Shown piece after piece: positions 44,480 through 54,682 of a DNA stretch of 64,000 nt. The position numbers and the translations under genes were made by a program. Numbering within the stretch: the stretch's first letter is position 1; the number at the start of each line of letters is the position of its first letter. The notes under the pieces were generated by a model. The model ran no database searches. It saw only the letters and a list, made by a program, of their open reading frames with translations, and had not been told where the DNA came from. The stretch is from Methanobacteriota archaeon (GTDB taxonomy: Archaea > Halobacteriota > Bog-38 > Methanoflorentales > Methanoflorentaceae): positions 416,001 through 480,000 of the forward strand of contig OY970393.1 in the NCBI GenBank assembly GCA_963720465.1. Direction: 5' to 3'.

Positions 44480-45691
44480 ATGAACACCAAAACACTGGTC
44501 AAAAAGCTCAAAACCCGTGATGTGGATATCGACCCAAAAACGCTCACCAACTGGGGGAGGGAGGGGATAGTTTCCGGCTGCAAGATATACCCAGCTACCC
44601 GTCGGTCGCGGGGGCGTCCTTCAAAACGGCCTGAAGAGATAGACCACAGGGGGAAACCCGGCCGTTTCCACGCTGAATGGGATGATGAAGCGGTAGAAGA
44701 GGTTGCAGCGGTATGGGTAGTAAGCGGCGGCCGCAGACGACTCTCAAGGACGCGGATCGAGATGATAAAAACTGTAGCAAACCACGCCTATCAACATGCT
44801 TCCGCATTTTACGAGTTCCCTGCAGGCATTAGGGTCACTGGCCCGGAGCCAACATCGCAGTGGAATTGGCGTATGCTGAAAATGATGGTCTATCCCGACC
44901 GTGCGCTCAATGCGCAGGCGCAGAAGTGGATCGCCACGAAAGAGAAGGCGAAGCGCAACAAGAAGATCTCCGAACCGAAAAAGGTGCTCTTTTACTGGCA
45001 GTCACAGCCGGCCGACATAAGGGCGGTTCCCATAAGAGCGCGCAATGGTCACGAACTCCTCAGCAGCCTGAAACGCTTCCTACCAGATCTCTCTATGACG
45101 GGGCCTGGAGTTTCCGGTGCGCAGCCTCCGAGTTCTGGAGAGATTCCATTACTATTCCCACATGACAACGTGCGAATGAGTCGCCCATCTGAACATCCCG
45201 GATGGGAGCTTCGGCCGTCGAGGTGGAAGTTCGACTTGGAGCGGATTGAGCTTGAAGACGCAGACGTTGATGAGCTTGTTTTCCTCCTCGATGGCCGCGA
45301 CAGCCGGATAAAGGCGTGGTATGCCCCTTATGATCTGTACGATCCGGCCGTTGATTACGAGAAGAGAGCGGATGACCCCAGTCAGAGCGATCAGAATGGC
45401 GCTCGATGGGATGCTGGGATCGATTTGCTCGTGGACGAGTCCCGCTCGCTCTTTAGCGAGATCGGTCCCCTGCTCTCCGATATGAATCGCGAACACGTCA
45501 CCCGGAAGATTACATCTTCTGTGTTAACACTCGTCCCGACCGAGTTTATGCCTCTTATTCGATGGCTCCCGCTGCCGCGACAAGAAATAACGCCTTTTGT
45601 TTTTTTTACACCGTTACAGAGCATCTATCTACGAGACCAGCTACGCCATCTCTTGAAAATTACCAATGCCATTAGTAGTACGCCATTGTAG
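44480..45691 (+). CDS. MerR-like HTH protein of unknown family (paralog of 39872-40633)
   Basis: TLTNWGREGIV..RGRP..AEWD; KWIATKEK; ATATATA box ~44443. Confidence 0.75.
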   Translation: MNTKTLVKKLKTRDVDIDPKTLTNWGREGIVSGCKIYPATRRSRGRPSKRPEEIDHRGKPGRFHAEWDDEAVEEVAAVWVVSGGRRRLSRTRIEMIKTVANHAYQHASAFYEFPAGIRVTGPEPTSQWNWRMLKMMVYPDRALNAQAQKWIATKEKAKRNKKISEPKKVLFYWQSQPADIRAVPIRARNGHELLSSLKRFLPDLSMTGPGVSGAQPPSSGEIPLLFPHDNVRMSRPSEHPGWELRPSRWKFDLERIELEDADVDELVFLLDGRDSRIKAWYAPYDLYDPAVDYEKRADDPSQSDQNGARWDAGIDLLVDESRSLFSEIGPLLSDMNREHVTRKITSSVLTLVPTEFMPLIRWLPLPRQEITPFVFFTPLQSIYLRDQLRHLLKITNAISSTPL

Positions 45692-45957
45692 ACTGCTGGC
45701 CGTAGAGAGCACTTTCCGTATTGTGAGGATTACCGACGCCCGCAGCGCCTATCGTGGTAACGGCGCGTTACTTTGGCAGGTAGGATAGTATAGCGTGTTC
45801 CGTTGAGCCTCTCCGTAGCTCCTAGCTCGTTACTTCTTTTGGCTATTTAGAACGCGTGGAGAGGCCCGTTTCCGGACCACAATCAAATGACTAAAAGATA
45901 TTTGCCCCCAGACCAAAGGTAAAGAGTAAAGAATCGACGATCAGATCTCCTAATCCC

Positions 45958-46077
45958 TCACTCGTTCCTTACGGCGCTCGCAATTGCTAGTATCGCGATT
46001 CTGATGCCTTCAAGCTCTTTTGTATTGGCGTCAACCGCCCTAATGAGCTGCTGCAGTTCCGTAGTTAAGCCGTCCAT
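45958..46077 (-). CDS. Small amphipathic protein (39 aa)
   Basis: GGAGGTG SD 5 nt before ATG; MDGLTTELQQLIRAVDANTKELEGIRIAILAIASAVRNE. Confidence 0.6.
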   Translation of the reverse strand: MDGLTTELQQLIRAVDANTKELEGIRIAILAIASAVRNE

Positions 46078-46210
46078 GTGTGCACCTCCATTCTTTTTCG
46101 ATATGAGTGATTGCCTCAAAACATCGTCGACGAGGGCCCTCTGAGTTTTATTACACTTTCACTCTACTTTTAGACTAACTTTACCCAGGTATACCCTCTA
46201 TTTTGCCCCC

Positions 46211-46465
46211 ATGAACGATCTAGCAGAAGTCGATGAACTCATCCTGCAAATCGCAGACTACAAGAACGACTATGCCGATATGGCTGCCGAAAGACTTTTT
46301 AGGAAGTGCTCGACCAGGTGGGAACCTTATCAATACCTGCGAGATCGCGTGCATGATAGCTGGCTACCCAACAACGCACGCCAGCAATTACAACGAATTA
46401 TCAAAAGGATACAAGTGCAGATACATCAAAGTCGGGAATATGGGTGGGCGTATGAGTATTCATAA
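46211..46465 (+). CDS. Hypothetical protein
   Basis: Clean ATG ORF, helical composition. Confidence 0.5.
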   Translation: MNDLAEVDELILQIADYKNDYADMAAERLFRKCSTRWEPYQYLRDRVHDSWLPNNARQQLQRIIKRIQVQIHQSREYGWAYEYS

Positions 46466-46595
46466 GCGTATTAAAACCCAGCTAACACTCGCCGCTAGAA
46501 AAAAGGTCATTTTGCATTTAATATCGCCGTTAGAAAAAACCACACATGAAATATGTCATGCCGTCCATGCGTTAGCACCGAGTAGGAGGGAGAAA

Positions 46596-46871
46596 ATGCT
46601 CACCAAGGCGTTAGTTTTGACGGACGACGAGGCGGAGCTGCTAAGTCGCGCGCTTGAAGAAGTGAAGACCAAAACCTTTGAAGAGTTCCAGATTAGCCTA
46701 GATGATTTAGGTGCTCTCAACGCTCTTGTTTCACATTTCAGGGAAGCTGAGAAAGTAGAACCGGATAAGGAAGCACATCAAATATCCGTTAACCCATTGA
46801 GCAAACGCCTCTTTTTAGGGCACTTCATCGGTAGAGAAGGCGGTACAGACACAGCGGGCGGGTCGCAGTAG
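46596..46871 (+). CDS. Hypothetical protein whose 3' end runs into a repeat
   Basis: AGGAGG SD before ATG at 46596. Confidence 0.55.
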   Translation: MLTKALVLTDDEAELLSRALEEVKTKTFEEFQISLDDLGALNALVSHFREAEKVEPDKEAHQISVNPLSKRLFLGHFIGREGGTDTAGGSQ

Positions 46872-46885
46872 AGTTGACCTCGCAC
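46787..46885. repeat. Degenerate ~97-bp direct repeat, copy 1
   Basis: CGTTAACCCATTGA.CAAACGCCT..GGGCAC..ATCGGTAGAGAA..CTCGCAC shared with 47482-47576. Confidence 0.85.
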
Positions 46886-46989
46886 GAGCAACTGACACAA
46901 GTAGATTGCAGCACTCAGGCCACATAGCGCGCAAATCCGGGCGAAAGGACTTATTCTTGCACGTTAAATGACGTGACAGGTGACAAACC

Positions 46990-47298
46990 ATGCTTTGCTT
47001 GGTATATATTGAGGTTCCCGCAGAAGTAGGCACTCGCGTAGATTTCGAAGAACAGGGCCCCGGGCAAATCATCGGGTATATGATGAATAGGTTCGCGCCC
47101 GAGGCGGTGTATATAAAGGCCGGCACGCGTGCTAGTTTTATGGTTGCCGATCTGAATGAGACACAGATGACGGAGCTTATGCTTATTGTGTCGAAGAATT
47201 TCGGCACGTATCCGGAGTTCACGGCTCTCATTCCCGCAGCGGCTATTCCCGAAATGGCTGGAAAGGCGATAGAAGCGGTGAAGAAGGCACAAATTTAG
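46990..47298 (+). CDS. Small protein, GYD/DUF3303-like
   Basis: AGGTGA SD; F.PEAVY...GTR..FMV.DL pattern. Confidence 0.65.
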   Translation: MLCLVYIEVPAEVGTRVDFEEQGPGQIIGYMMNRFAPEAVYIKAGTRASFMVADLNETQMTELMLIVSKNFGTYPEFTALIPAAAIPEMAGKAIEAVKKAQI

Positions 47299-47481
47299 CG
47301 TGGTCTTTACGAAAGTCGTCGATCGAATCAGTTTCACCCAATCCATGGCCGATCCCAAAATGACATTCTAGACTGGCTATCGACCGTGCTGGCAGTCTTG
47401 GGCAGGCCAGACGGCACAGAAAGAGAGTGATACATCAAAAAATAGCGGTGATCTCAAAATTACGGTAGCGCGTACGTAGCT

Positions 47482-47576
47482 CGTTAACCCATTGAACAAA
47501 CGCCTTTTTCTGGGGCACATTATCGGTAGAGAATGTAGCACGGACGCAGCGAGCGAGTCTCAGGGCTGACTCGCAC
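47482..47576. repeat. Degenerate ~97-bp direct repeat, copy 2
   Basis: See 46787-46885; itself flanked by ~35-bp direct repeats. Confidence 0.85.
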
Positions 47577-47668
47577 TGCAGGCCCTGGGTACTCTTGTCG
47601 GCAGGCCTGACGCAGAAAGAGAGTAGTCTGAAAAACACGCTTACAGCTATTGGCGGCTAACTATAGGG

Positions 47669-47857
47669 CTAACATTCTGATCGCCACCTAGCCACCATAG
47701 CGTCATATTCTCGCTGGGTGTTTTCAAATACGCGATCGCCTTCTATCTCTTTATGGCAAGTCGCGCAAACGGAGCTTGACGCTTGTAAACGCACTTTATG
47801 TACCGCAGGTTTACCACAGTACAGGCACGGCTCACCTTCTTTCTCGTTATTTCGCAT
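47669..47857 (-). CDS. Small zinc-finger protein
   Basis: CLYC..CATC; GAGGTGA SD. Confidence 0.7.
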   Translation of the reverse strand: MRNNEKEGEPCLYCGKPAVHKVRLQASSSVCATCHKEIEGDRVFENTQREYDAMVARWRSEC

Positions 47858-48063
47858 GTCACTCACCTCTAATAAGGGCTAATTTTTCCACGGCGCTCAT
47901 AATCTTACACAACTCTCCCCATGATCAAAACGGCGCGTTAGCATAGACGTCTTGCAGGTCCCGGTCGTTGAAGCAGATACAATGGCGCGTATATAGCCAC
48001 TAATCTAGCATCCGCTGGGCGCGACTACACATAAACTACGGCTCCCCCCGACGAGACACAGAT

Positions 48064-48759
48064 TCACTCTTCAAGGGGCGTAACGAAGCAGGATGCCAGC
48101 TTGGTGCTAATGAGCTTCTGTTCGTGGAAAAGGCGCGAGGTGAGGTGGTACATGCCTTCTTCACTCGCGTAAAGCTCGCTTACGAATCGCTTCGTGCCGC
48201 CTCCTGCGATGAAGTCGATATCGAGCACGTCCATGAGCGTGTGCGATTTCGAAGGGGGAGTTGCGGCGATCTCAAGCCGTAGATTCGACACGTCGCGGTG
48301 AGCGTGCACGACCGTCTCCGTCTCGATGGTTTCTTCATAGGCCCAGTAGGGCCGATTCACGAAGAAGGTCTGGATCTCCGCGGGATCTTCTACGAGTCGA
48401 ACCTCGTAATAGGGAGAGTACCAGTTCACGAAAGCACCGTCGCGGTACGCCGTGACGTGCAGATAGACCCATCCTGTGTGGTTCGCAAAGACGTGGAAGT
48501 TGAGCGCTGCCATGCCGTTAGGGCGCAATTCTTGCACGAAATGAAAAGAGCCGCTTGCCAAAACGTCGAGATCGTGCGAGTTAAAGGTATACAGCGTTGC
48601 GCTCACGTCGACGAGGGGCTCCGTTGATACGTTCCTCAGCTTGACGGTGATCCAGTGGCGCCCCCGGTCGAGCACCTCGGGCGTAACGGTTGCCTCGAAG
48701 GGATGCTTGCGTCGTTCTTCCGTGGCGATTCTCTTCTCTTCTTTCTTTTCGTCGGTCAT
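48064..48759 (-). CDS. Hypothetical protein, tandem beta-sandwich-like
   Basis: Alternating beta-strand pattern (ITVKLRNVS, GMYHLTSRLF). Confidence 0.65.
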   Translation of the reverse strand: MTDEKKEEKRIATEERRKHPFEATVTPEVLDRGRHWITVKLRNVSTEPLVDVSATLYTFNSHDLDVLASGSFHFVQELRPNGMAALNFHVFANHTGWVYLHVTAYRDGAFVNWYSPYYEVRLVEDPAEIQTFFVNRPYWAYEETIETETVVHAHRDVSNLRLEIAATPPSKSHTLMDVLDIDFIAGGGTKRFVSELYASEEGMYHLTSRLFHEQKLISTKLASCFVTPLEE

Positions 48760-49185
48760 AGTATCATCAAATTGAGTAGCGCACGGAGGGGGATAAGGCA
48801 TACGCAAGGAAAAAACAGGTCACGAAGGAGAAACACGCTACGTTATCATAGCTCGGGCCCCCGAAAATTACCACACTAGAACTGCATGTTATTCTTTTAT
48901 TTCGAACAAACCCCTTATACGTCCCCTTTTTGCGAGGGGAACAACTCTTTTTTAGTTAAGGGTCGCTCTTCTTGCAACCTGCGCTTACATTGCACTTACG
49001 CGATCTCGCGCGAAAAGTTCGGAGTATTAATTTGTCGTTTTTTTTGTTGTTTGCTTTTGCTGCCTACGCCATTTGGAGCGTGATAAGGCGCAGTGTTGTT
49101 GAGTCACGAGTAACGATTCGAAACACAGAATTATATCTCACAAATGCGCACACTTTTGCACAATCGAGCAGAGGTAAAACTGACC

Positions 49186-49650
49186 ATGGCAAATCTATCA
49201 CACGTCGAAATGCTCCTGCAGGGAGTACCTGTTTGGAACCAATGGAGGGCGGCGCATCCGGAGATACGGCCAGATCTCAGCGGGGCGTACCTTGCCGGGG
49301 CTGACCTCACCGAGGCGGATCTCATCAAAGCTGACCTCAGAGGAGCTGACCTCACTCAAACGAGCCTTCACGCGGCTGACCTCACCGAGGCTGACCTCAC
49401 CGAGGCTGACCTCCAAGAGGCTGACCTTACTGGAGCAACCCTTATCAAGGCGGATCTTACGGGGGCTGAAGTCAACGAGGCCGACCTTTCTGACGCTAAC
49501 CTCACCAAGGCGAACCTCACCAATGCTGCGTTTCGAGGCGCTAAACTTGTCAAAGCGGACCTCAGTGAGACGACCTGTATCGGCGCCGACCTGACCGGGA
49601 CCGACGTGACGGGGGCGGACACGACGGGCGCCATCTTCGAGCATCCTTGA
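49186..49650 (+). CDS. Pentapeptide repeat protein
   Basis: GVPVWNQWR..PDLSGA followed by ADLxx repeats. Confidence 0.93.
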   Translation: MANLSHVEMLLQGVPVWNQWRAAHPEIRPDLSGAYLAGADLTEADLIKADLRGADLTQTSLHAADLTEADLTEADLQEADLTGATLIKADLTGAEVNEADLSDANLTKANLTNAAFRGAKLVKADLSETTCIGADLTGTDVTGADTTGAIFEHP

Positions 49651-50075
49651 TCGGGCGAGATGGATCCGGACGAAGCGTTACGCGAGTCCCCTGAATTTCT
49701 CTGCCGTCGTGCCTCCGGAATGACCGACGCCGTTTCGGCCCGCCATTCCTGAGCATAAGTGAACAGCACCCGCATCAAAGTTTTGTTGTTGCGCTTCGGC
49801 GACGAGCAAGCAGTCATATTTGCCAGGCGGAGTAAAACTCCTTAAAATGCACCTGCCCTTCGTGTCAGCTGTGAATGGTCAAAGAGGCAGATGTAGGCTG
49901 TGCGATAGCGAACGTGGTGAGAAATGACGTCTTGCAAAGAGTACGGGCATAAGTTAGGCTTCTTAGAACACGCAGCCGATGGCCTTTGCAGAGATGCTCA
50001 TTCTGTAACCTCACCGTCTGTGCATGAAGCGGGTCACTGACGCTGTAACTTAGATAAAGATTAGACACCTTATGC

Positions 50076-50522
50076 ATGACTCGTACTACTGCTGAGGGCG
50101 ATGCCGTGCCAGAGGAGGAAATAGATGCGAACCTTGTGCCCCTCGTCAAAGTACTCAACACCCTTCCGTGTGTTACCACGGTGTGCTGCTGTGGTGGACA
50201 TCCCGGCGAACGTGACCACGGGAAGTGGCCAGAAGGAACGTGGTATGTCACGCTAGAGATTGCACAAAAAGAGCAGGGGTGGCGTACGCTGGCGTTTCTT
50301 GGATGGGCAATCAACCGCGAGTATCGTAAGGTAGGGCATCACGTCTTCTTTTACCCTGACGCATTGCCGCCTCGCGCTGTCGGCGACGAGGCCACACTCG
50401 GTTTCCAGCTGGAGGGATACCGATACGAGCGTCCTGACGAGCTCGCGAACTGGATAACGAAGATGCAACACAGCGACGAAAGCTTCGCACGTAGTACACA
50501 GGGAAAACCGCCACGTAACTAA
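50076..50522 (+). CDS. Hypothetical protein with TYW3-like N-terminal motif
   Basis: EIDANLVPLVKVLN...TTVCCCGGH. Confidence 0.65.
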   Translation: MTRTTAEGDAVPEEEIDANLVPLVKVLNTLPCVTTVCCCGGHPGERDHGKWPEGTWYVTLEIAQKEQGWRTLAFLGWAINREYRKVGHHVFFYPDALPPRAVGDEATLGFQLEGYRYERPDELANWITKMQHSDESFARSTQGKPPRN

Positions 50523-50919
50523 GAGTCACGTTCGTGCTTATAAGGTCGTGAACGTCACTATTGGCTCTGCAATAACCGTAGGAAGGCGCTCCGCTTTTCA
50601 GCTCTTTTTTGACGTCTGACACATATACAGCCGTTCAGAGCAGGTCGACGGGCAAAAAATGCAAGTAGATTTTTAAATATGGGCATGACGGTTCGTTTCG
50701 GGGCTTTCCATCGAACAGCGGGCGTTTCTTTTTGATGATCTACGCTCACATAGTCCTTCTTTTTCGAGATGCCGCCGAATCCTAACGGCTCCATTGGTAC
50801 AACGCAACGACGCAAAAAAAGCAAAAAGAGCAGTTCGCCTGCTGCAAAATGAGATTCTATGATGTTAGACCCGGCAAAGCTACTTAATCATTCAAAAGTA
50901 ATTCTAAGCGGTGATATCA

Positions 50920-51216
50920 TTGGCTGAAAAAGAACGCATCTTTGTCGCGCCGAATGCATTCTTGTATCACGACAAGAAAAACTACACCATCGAAGTGGAA
51001 CTTCCCGGCGCAGATAAAAAGGACATCAAAGTTGAAGCTGGGGAAAACGGGTTTTGTCTCTCGGCGCCTCGAGATGATATCGAGTATGCCGGGTGCTGGA
51101 CACTCTCCCATACTATAAATCCGGAAGCGGCAACGGCCACGTTCGAAAATGGCCTTCTGAAGGTGACCATACCGCTAGCGGAACGGCTTGAGGGCATCAA
51201 GGTACCCATAAAATAG
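50920..51216 (+). CDS. Small heat shock protein (Hsp20)
   Basis: VELPGADKKDI, ATFENGLLKVTIP; GGTGA SD before TTG. Confidence 0.92.
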   Translation: MAEKERIFVAPNAFLYHDKKNYTIEVELPGADKKDIKVEAGENGFCLSAPRDDIEYAGCWTLSHTINPEAATATFENGLLKVTIPLAERLEGIKVPIK

Positions 51217-51330
51217 TCTCCCCCGTTCGTTGGAGCCGCGCGTGATGACCATGCCGCGAAGCTAGCTGCAGCCCCGAACCCTGGACAGCCCGTGTTGTTC
51301 TACGCGCCGAATTAGAACGGGAGCAGAGGA

Positions 51331-51522
51331 TTGAAAATGAATTGCGAAGAGATATTAGAGGATGCTATAGCCTTCTGTAAGAAGCAGATCGAAGAGCTTG
51401 AGGATAAGACAAATGTTGATGACCCAAGCGGTTATGACGGTCGTAACACTCGCAGAGGGCTTCGAGACGCGTACGAGAACGTAATAGAGCGCATAGCCAT
51501 AAAAAGGGCCGTGGAAAAATGA
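51331..51522 (+). CDS. Small hypothetical protein
   Basis: GAGG SD; charged helical 63 aa. Confidence 0.5.
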   Translation: MKMNCEEILEDAIAFCKKQIEELEDKTNVDDPSGYDGRNTRRGLRDAYENVIERIAIKRAVEK

Positions 51523-51589
51523 TGGACGTCGGTCACGTTTACCGACATTGCTGAGGTGCACAACGGTCTGTATAGCCAAGAACGATGTT

Positions 51590-52050
51590 CTACGGCGCGT
51601 CAGCCTTCTCAAAAATGCCCTTGTAAACCGTCCATTGCATTGATCGTGTCGTCGTGCTCTCCCACTCGCGTAACCCCGCCGTTGTGAGTACCTGTCGAAA
51701 CTCATCGATCGACGTCCCGTGTGATACCCGTGTCGGCTCACATATCAAGAATCGACCCTCTCCATCAGCTCAGTGAGCTCTTGGATACCTGTTGATTGCG
51801 TCTTTCGGCAGGTCATGATTGAGGCTTCGCTTACCGGCATAACGGTGATGCCACCAACGTCTTCTCCGTGTTGTGCACAGAAGCCCCCATATCCATGGCT
51901 CCGGACGCGAGATAGTAGAATTGAGCGGCCCCGGCCCGTTCCTTATCGCTTGGGTTGCAGAATTGATCCAGCGCAAACCACGAGATGACTCGTGTAGTCA
52001 TAAGCGGCTTCGATATCAGAGCCTCATTGCCTTCGACTAGATTGCCCGAC
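51590..52050 (-). pseudogene. Possible decayed SAM-dependent methyltransferase
   Basis: Fragments VISWFALDQF..DKERA..QFY and DEFRQVLTTAGL in different frames. Confidence 0.3.
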
Positions 52051-52121
52051 CGCATGTTACAAATATCCAATTTTGATATGGAACTACGATAGCCTTAAGG
52101 AACCCGACGCATTTTGTTCTG

Positions 52122-52556
52122 GTGATTAAAATACACGAACGCATTTTTGAAAGCGTCGGCGATGTCACCTTTTGTCTTGATGAGGTGCCTCACGCCAGTC
52201 ACGGTACGATCACTTTCACAGTTAGGCAAGATGAGCTCTCGGCGTCAAACTTCGAAGAGCCACGTGCGAGGCTTTCCGGATTAGAAGACACCCGCGGGGT
52301 AATTAGCCTCGAGAGCCGACAAAACCAGGAGTTGATCCACCAGCTTGATGAGTATTTCATCGCTAAGGAGGGCCTCACGCTCAAGGGTGAGTTCAAGGAC
52401 AAGCTCGGCGGCTCGGTAACGGCGTGGATACTCGAGGTGCAGCTGTCAAAAAAGAACTCTTCAAGTTCGCATCAGGAAGGAGCCACTACCTATGAATTTG
52501 ATTCGGCCCCCGCATCAAAGCACCTTACGGGCGCGCATGACCTTAAGCGATGCTAA
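52122..52556 (+). CDS. Hypothetical protein
   Basis: Clean ORF with TATA-like CTTAAG upstream. Confidence 0.55.
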   Translation: MIKIHERIFESVGDVTFCLDEVPHASHGTITFTVRQDELSASNFEEPRARLSGLEDTRGVISLESRQNQELIHQLDEYFIAKEGLTLKGEFKDKLGGSVTAWILEVQLSKKNSSSSHQEGATTYEFDSAPASKHLTGAHDLKRC

Positions 52557-52735
52557 CACGGTTCAAAAGATGCACTACCGGCGTGGTCAAAGCTGTATAT
52601 CTGGGTCACTAATCAGTGCTTTAGCTCTCGTTTTCTTGATGCCTCAGCGTAAGCTACAAGATGCCGATTTTGCGGCTTTAGCGCTCGGCAAAGCTATTTA
52701 AGCGTTTGAAGTGAACCTTCCAGTGGTGATCATTA

Positions 52736-53032
52736 GTGCCTGAAAAAGAACGGATCCCGGTCGCACCAGATGCAGTTTTCTATCATGATACAGAAACTTA
52801 TACCATTGTAGTGGAACTGCCTGGCGTGCACAAGAAGGATATCGAATTTGAGGCGATGGAAAATGGGTTTTGTGTCACGGCACCCAGAGACGATATCAAG
52901 TATAGCGGCTGCTGGGTACTTACCCACAAAACCGATCCTGCAAAAGCAACGGCGACGTTCTCGAATGGACTTTTAAAAGTGACCGTGCCGTTAGCTGAGC
53001 GAGTTGCAGGCTTTATGGTACCCATAAAATAA
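52736..53032 (+). CDS. Small heat shock protein (Hsp20), paralog of 50920-51216
   Basis: VELPGVHKKDI, ATFSNGLLKVTVP. Confidence 0.92.
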   Translation: MPEKERIPVAPDAVFYHDTETYTIVVELPGVHKKDIEFEAMENGFCVTAPRDDIKYSGCWVLTHKTDPAKATATFSNGLLKVTVPLAERVAGFMVPIK

Positions 53033-53459
53033 ATTACCCTTTCGTCAATGCGCTTTTGTTACCCGACGGCGTCATTCCTGAGTTAGACATAGAGGGTTCG
53101 CAGATAAAGGGTACGCAACAGGGAGCACGATGCGTGAATTCCAGACAGCACGCGACAACGGCGAGAGATAAAAACTCTTTTTGACCAAATGGACGCGAAG
53201 TAGGTTTGCGATGATCCTAGGCGCTTTGCGTGCGAAGGGCCTGCCACACATTACGAAAGTGAGTAACCCCTAGCATGCGCTCGGAGCGGCTGAAGATTCG
53301 AGCAAAAGGTGCTCTATCACAGGATTGACGTGCAAATTCCGACGATGTCAAAAAATGTGATGATATCTCCCTGTTGCAAGACCTGCACACAACGAACATC
53401 GCGTTGCACGCGGTGTGCATAAAAAAGAGACGGGGAGGTCCCCCGGCTACACTCACGCT

Positions 53460-53939
53460 TTATTCAGGCGCAAGCACGGAATCAATAACGTGAATCACGC
53501 CATTATTGCATTCAATATTCGCCTGAATGACTATGGCATCGTCCACCGTTAGCTCTTCAAATGCCGCGATTTCATCGTCTTCGACAATGACATCATCTTC
53601 AACGGCCACCGTGTCCTCCTCGATGACCGCTGTCTCTGTTGCAATCGTCAGCTTCGCACCCTGAACGGTCTTTGCTGTCGTCATTTTCATCAGGTCGGTT
53701 GCCATGTATTTGCCGGCCACTACGTGATAGGCAAGCACGGCAGTGAGCCTGTCTTTGTCTTTTAACAGTTCGTCTACCGTGCCGGCTGGCAGCTCGGCAA
53801 ACGCGTCATCGTTCGGAGCAAATAGCGTAAAGGGCCCAGGGCCGCTCAAGGTATCGATGAGACCGGCTGCCGCCTTCAGTGCTGATACCAGCATTGTGAA
53901 GGAACCATCATCGATTGCTGTCTCTATAATATTTTTCAT
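53460..53939 (-). CDS. Fasciclin (FAS1) domain protein with acidic insertion, no signal peptide
   Basis: FTLFAPNDDAF, LAYHVV, NGVIHVIDSVL. Confidence 0.92.
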   Translation of the reverse strand: MKNIIETAIDDGSFTMLVSALKAAAGLIDTLSGPGPFTLFAPNDDAFAELPAGTVDELLKDKDRLTAVLAYHVVAGKYMATDLMKMTTAKTVQGAKLTIATETAVIEEDTVAVEDDVIVEDDEIAAFEELTVDDAIVIQANIECNNGVIHVIDSVLAPE

Positions 53940-54477
53940 ATTTCCTTGCTTCCTTTTTCACAAGCGCAGCAGGTGGAACGCATCACGTGCATCCGCGTGC
54001 GCTAAAGATCTCCTATCCCCATTTAAGCTTACGCTATTAAAAGCAAATGGTCTTGCAATTCGAGGCCGCAAAGCGATGCTCCTCGCTCGGACGGAACGCG
54101 ATTTCTGGGCTGCGTTTAAACGGGCTGCACCCATCGATTTTTTTATAACGCCTGGCTAGTCATACTTCAAATGCGGAAAAGGATTTTTTTGTGACTGGAA
54201 TTCAGGCCCTGGAACGATGCCGCTAGCCCTTAAGAAGCAGCAGCTGTGTATGAAGGGTGAACGAACGATTTTTTGGGTTTCTTCGAGGCGTTTCGGATTA
54301 CGACGCTAAGGAAAGGAAGCGTCAGCAGAACATTTCGGCTCTTCTGTTAACAGCGCGTTATGAATAGCGTGCTTTTTTACCTCCAAAGGGCCAGTTGAAC
54401 ATAAGAAGAGTCGAGCTGCGAGCGTGAGGCTCACAACGGAAGAAAAAAGCATAATCAAACACGCTCGAATTATCGAC

Positions 54478-54660
54478 AAAAAAGTGAAGTTGGACTCTAT
54501 AGGATATGTGAATAGCGAAAGTGATCCCTTCCAATGGCGTGTTTGAGAGCCAAGGCGAGTTCGCCCAATGCTTCAGAGCAGAGATTTCTCTGCCCCGAAA
54601 GCTCTACTCCAAAAGCCATTGGAAGCTACCTTTTCCTCCACACATCCTATAGAGCGTACC
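54478..54660 (-). ncRNA. Candidate novel ~183-nt structured ncRNA
   Basis: Nested inverted repeats (16, 11, 5, 12 and 5 bp), wobble pairs only on the minus strand, BRE/TATA upstream, T6 tract downstream. Confidence 0.7.
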
Positions 54661-54682
54661 TTAATTATATGCGCCTCTTCGA

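Noticed and set aside
45807-45866. GCCTCTCC/GGAGAGGC inverted repeat
   Set aside because: Only 8-9 bp with a weakly paired interior and no promoter or terminator support.
46233-46871. 212-aa ORF from the track
   Set aside because: Its N-terminal part overlaps ORF 46211-46465; the SD supports a start at 46596 instead.
49290-49630. 15-bp periodic DNA repeats
   Set aside because: Explained by pentapeptide coding repeats; no spacer structure, so not CRISPR.
54540-54610. Three-way junction as a hammerhead ribozyme, or the element as an H/ACA guide
   Set aside because: No CUGANGA/GAAA core in the right arrangement, and no ACA box after the stem.
54497-54619. 40-codon ORF inside the candidate ncRNA (MAFGVELSG...)
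   Set aside because: Start codon is buried in an 11-bp stem and the peptide has no recognisable features; not fully excluded.
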